A DNA stretch of 63,462 nt, filler included, from Polymyxa betae A26-41 (taxonomy: Eukaryota; Protista; Endomyxa: Phytomyxea): NCBI GenBank assembly GCA_003693705.1. It is 6 parts of 6 records of this genome, joined end to end, with 100 filler letters (N's around TTAATTAATTAA, not from the genome) between each part and the next. Parts side by side here need not be neighbours in the genome. Positions count along the whole stretch, not along the records: positions 61,539 to 63,462 come from RBZT01000733.1; 5 more parts are not named here. One strand, given 5' to 3'. Below, one piece after another: positions 62,204 to 63,462 of the stretch. Numbering within the stretch: position 1 is the stretch's first letter; each line of letters starts with the position of its first letter. The notes beneath the pieces were generated by a model that had not been told where the DNA came from, ran no database searches, and saw only the letters and a program-made list of their open reading frames with translations. Both the position numbers and the translations under genes were made by a program.

Positions 62204-62992
62204 CTACTGTTTGCTTGCTAAGCTCTGCACCAAGGAACGAAGTAGATTATTCGTTTCTTCCGTCTGTACAGCCTGCTGCTCCAGCAAGGTTCCGATGCTG
62301 TCCAGCTTACTCGGTTCTACCTCTTTTGGATCCGCCAAAGCTGAGGCAAGCATTTGGCCCATGCCAAACAAGCCCTCCTTGGTCTCCTTGCCAATCGAGA
62401 CGTCAGGTTCGCTCACAGCACGCTTGGGTCTCCGAGGGGTCACCACTGTTTGTACAGATGGCGCCTTTTGGGCAAAGCCTGCGACTTCCAAGACCCCATT
62501 ATTAGTAAGTGATCCAGAGTCTTCAGCCTTGCCAACTTGAGGCGCTACACTGTTGAGACAATCGTGGGCCGAACCCTCATTACCGCCGAAATGAGATACC
62601 AGTGAGTCCCAGTATTCCGGTTTCCTGGGAAGTTTTACGTTTCCAGTTGATTTTTCGTCGATATTCGTCAGCTGTCGATAGGCCCGCTGCACATCCTGGT
62701 ACTTCCGCTTAACTTCGTCTACAGATATGTCCATATTGAAGGTATTATTGACATCACTTGTGATTCGATTGCATCCTTTCGCAATCGAATTTTTGTTTTT
62801 CGAATCCACGAAGAAAGTTCGATGAAATTCCTTCAAATCCAGCATCATTTCAACCATTTCCGTTGACCATTGTACATCCGGAGCGCTGTCTTCAGTTTTC
62901 GCAGGCCTGCCTCGCTTCTTAGTAGCAGGAACGCTTGCTGACGTCGCAACGTCGACCGTTGGGGAAACTTCAGGGACATCGGGAGACGACAT
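62204..62992 (-). CDS. Harbinger partner Myb/SANT-like DNA-binding protein with AT-hook-like motif
   Basis: KKRGRP, WSTEMVEMML and EVKRKYQDVQRAYRQL...STGN. Convergent with the transposase. The element end GGAACAGGCTC-TTA is at 63143-63156. Confidence 0.85.
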   Translation of the reverse strand: MSSPDVPEVSPTVDVATSASVPATKKRGRPAKTEDSAPDVQWSTEMVEMMLDLKEFHRTFFVDSKNKNSIAKGCNRITSDVNNTFNMDISVDEVKRKYQDVQRAYRQLTNIDEKSTGNVKLPRKPEYWDSLVSHFGGNEGSAHDCLNSVAPQVGKAEDSGSLTNNGVLEVAGFAQKAPSVQTVVTPRRPKRAVSEPDVSIGKETKEGLFGMGQMLASALADPKEVEPSKLDSIGTLLEQQAVQTEETNNLLRSLVQSLASKQ

Positions 62993-63153
62993 TGTTAGAG
63001 ACTACACACAACGCAGTTCGCAGGACTCACGATCTCATTTATTACTTCATTTAATATACAGTCATTTTCAGCATTTTTCGGATGTCATACCTGGACCGCC
63101 TTTTTTTTAATTACCGCATTTTTTATCGCATTTTTTTCACTTGGAACAGGCTC

Positions 63154-63462
63154 TTACATGGAAAATTTTCTTTTTTTCTCGCTCTTCGTTCTATTGTAAT
63201 AAACTCAAAGTTGTAATCTCATTTTATTCTAGCTCTTCTCTATGTCCCATCCTAATTGCGAAATAGTATCTTGTTTCAGGGAGCTTGCCGAGCATGATGT
63301 TGACTGGCTCGATGTTGTCACTGAACACCCATCTGGACCATTTATTGTTTTCAGCTTTGGACATGGGTTCAATCACGGGCAAGCCTGTCTCCTTATCGGT
63401 TCCATGGCCGACCTTTGGGCTCTCCGGCGACTTATACCAATCCACAAACACCATTACCAAGG
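63154..63462 (-). repeat. Dispersed repeat (paralog of 48351..48637), probable CACTA/Plavaka-like transposase C-terminus
   Basis: ORF 63224..63460 reads FVDWY...DKETGLPVIEP. The family assignment is tentative. Confidence 0.55.

Noticed and set aside
61348-63153. One Harbinger element spanning the last gap
   Set aside because: The left end (GGGTGCGTTTGG) and right end (rc GAGCCTGTTCC) do not match, the flanks differ (TAA vs TTA), and the gap is artificial.

Overview
Eukaryotic, transposon-rich draft sequence made of six contigs joined by five artificial 100-bp spacers (N44-TTAATTAATTAA-N44), so adjacency across gaps is not reliable. The short GT-AG introns (about 50 nt), orphan secreted-type ORFs and TE types suggest a compact protist genome, possibly a plasmodiophorid-like parasite, but this is inference only. 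Supported content: two tRNA genes (Glu-CTC, Val-AAC); a spliced, atypical protein kinase; a GRDP-like/SUMO-like fusion ORF; a frameshifted signal-peptide + F-box-like ORF; five decayed PIF/Harbinger-type elements; Helitron, Ty3/gypsy, LINE and hAT remnants; and a four-level nest in which MULE-like TIRs enclose an orphan, possibly virus-derived segment, into which a split-direct-repeat Ngaro/PAT tyrosine-recombinase retroelement inserted, itself interrupted by a hAT element with an 8-bp TSD. The most unusual object is a gene of more than 6.4 kb (51175-57623, two short introns, two lesions). It encodes a GTPase-like N-terminus, several unrecognised repeat families, an RGG tract, a 25-aa tandem array and a C-terminal Cif/papain-like Cys-His domain with a Cys-rich tail, which resembles a eukaryotic polymorphic toxin or effector.
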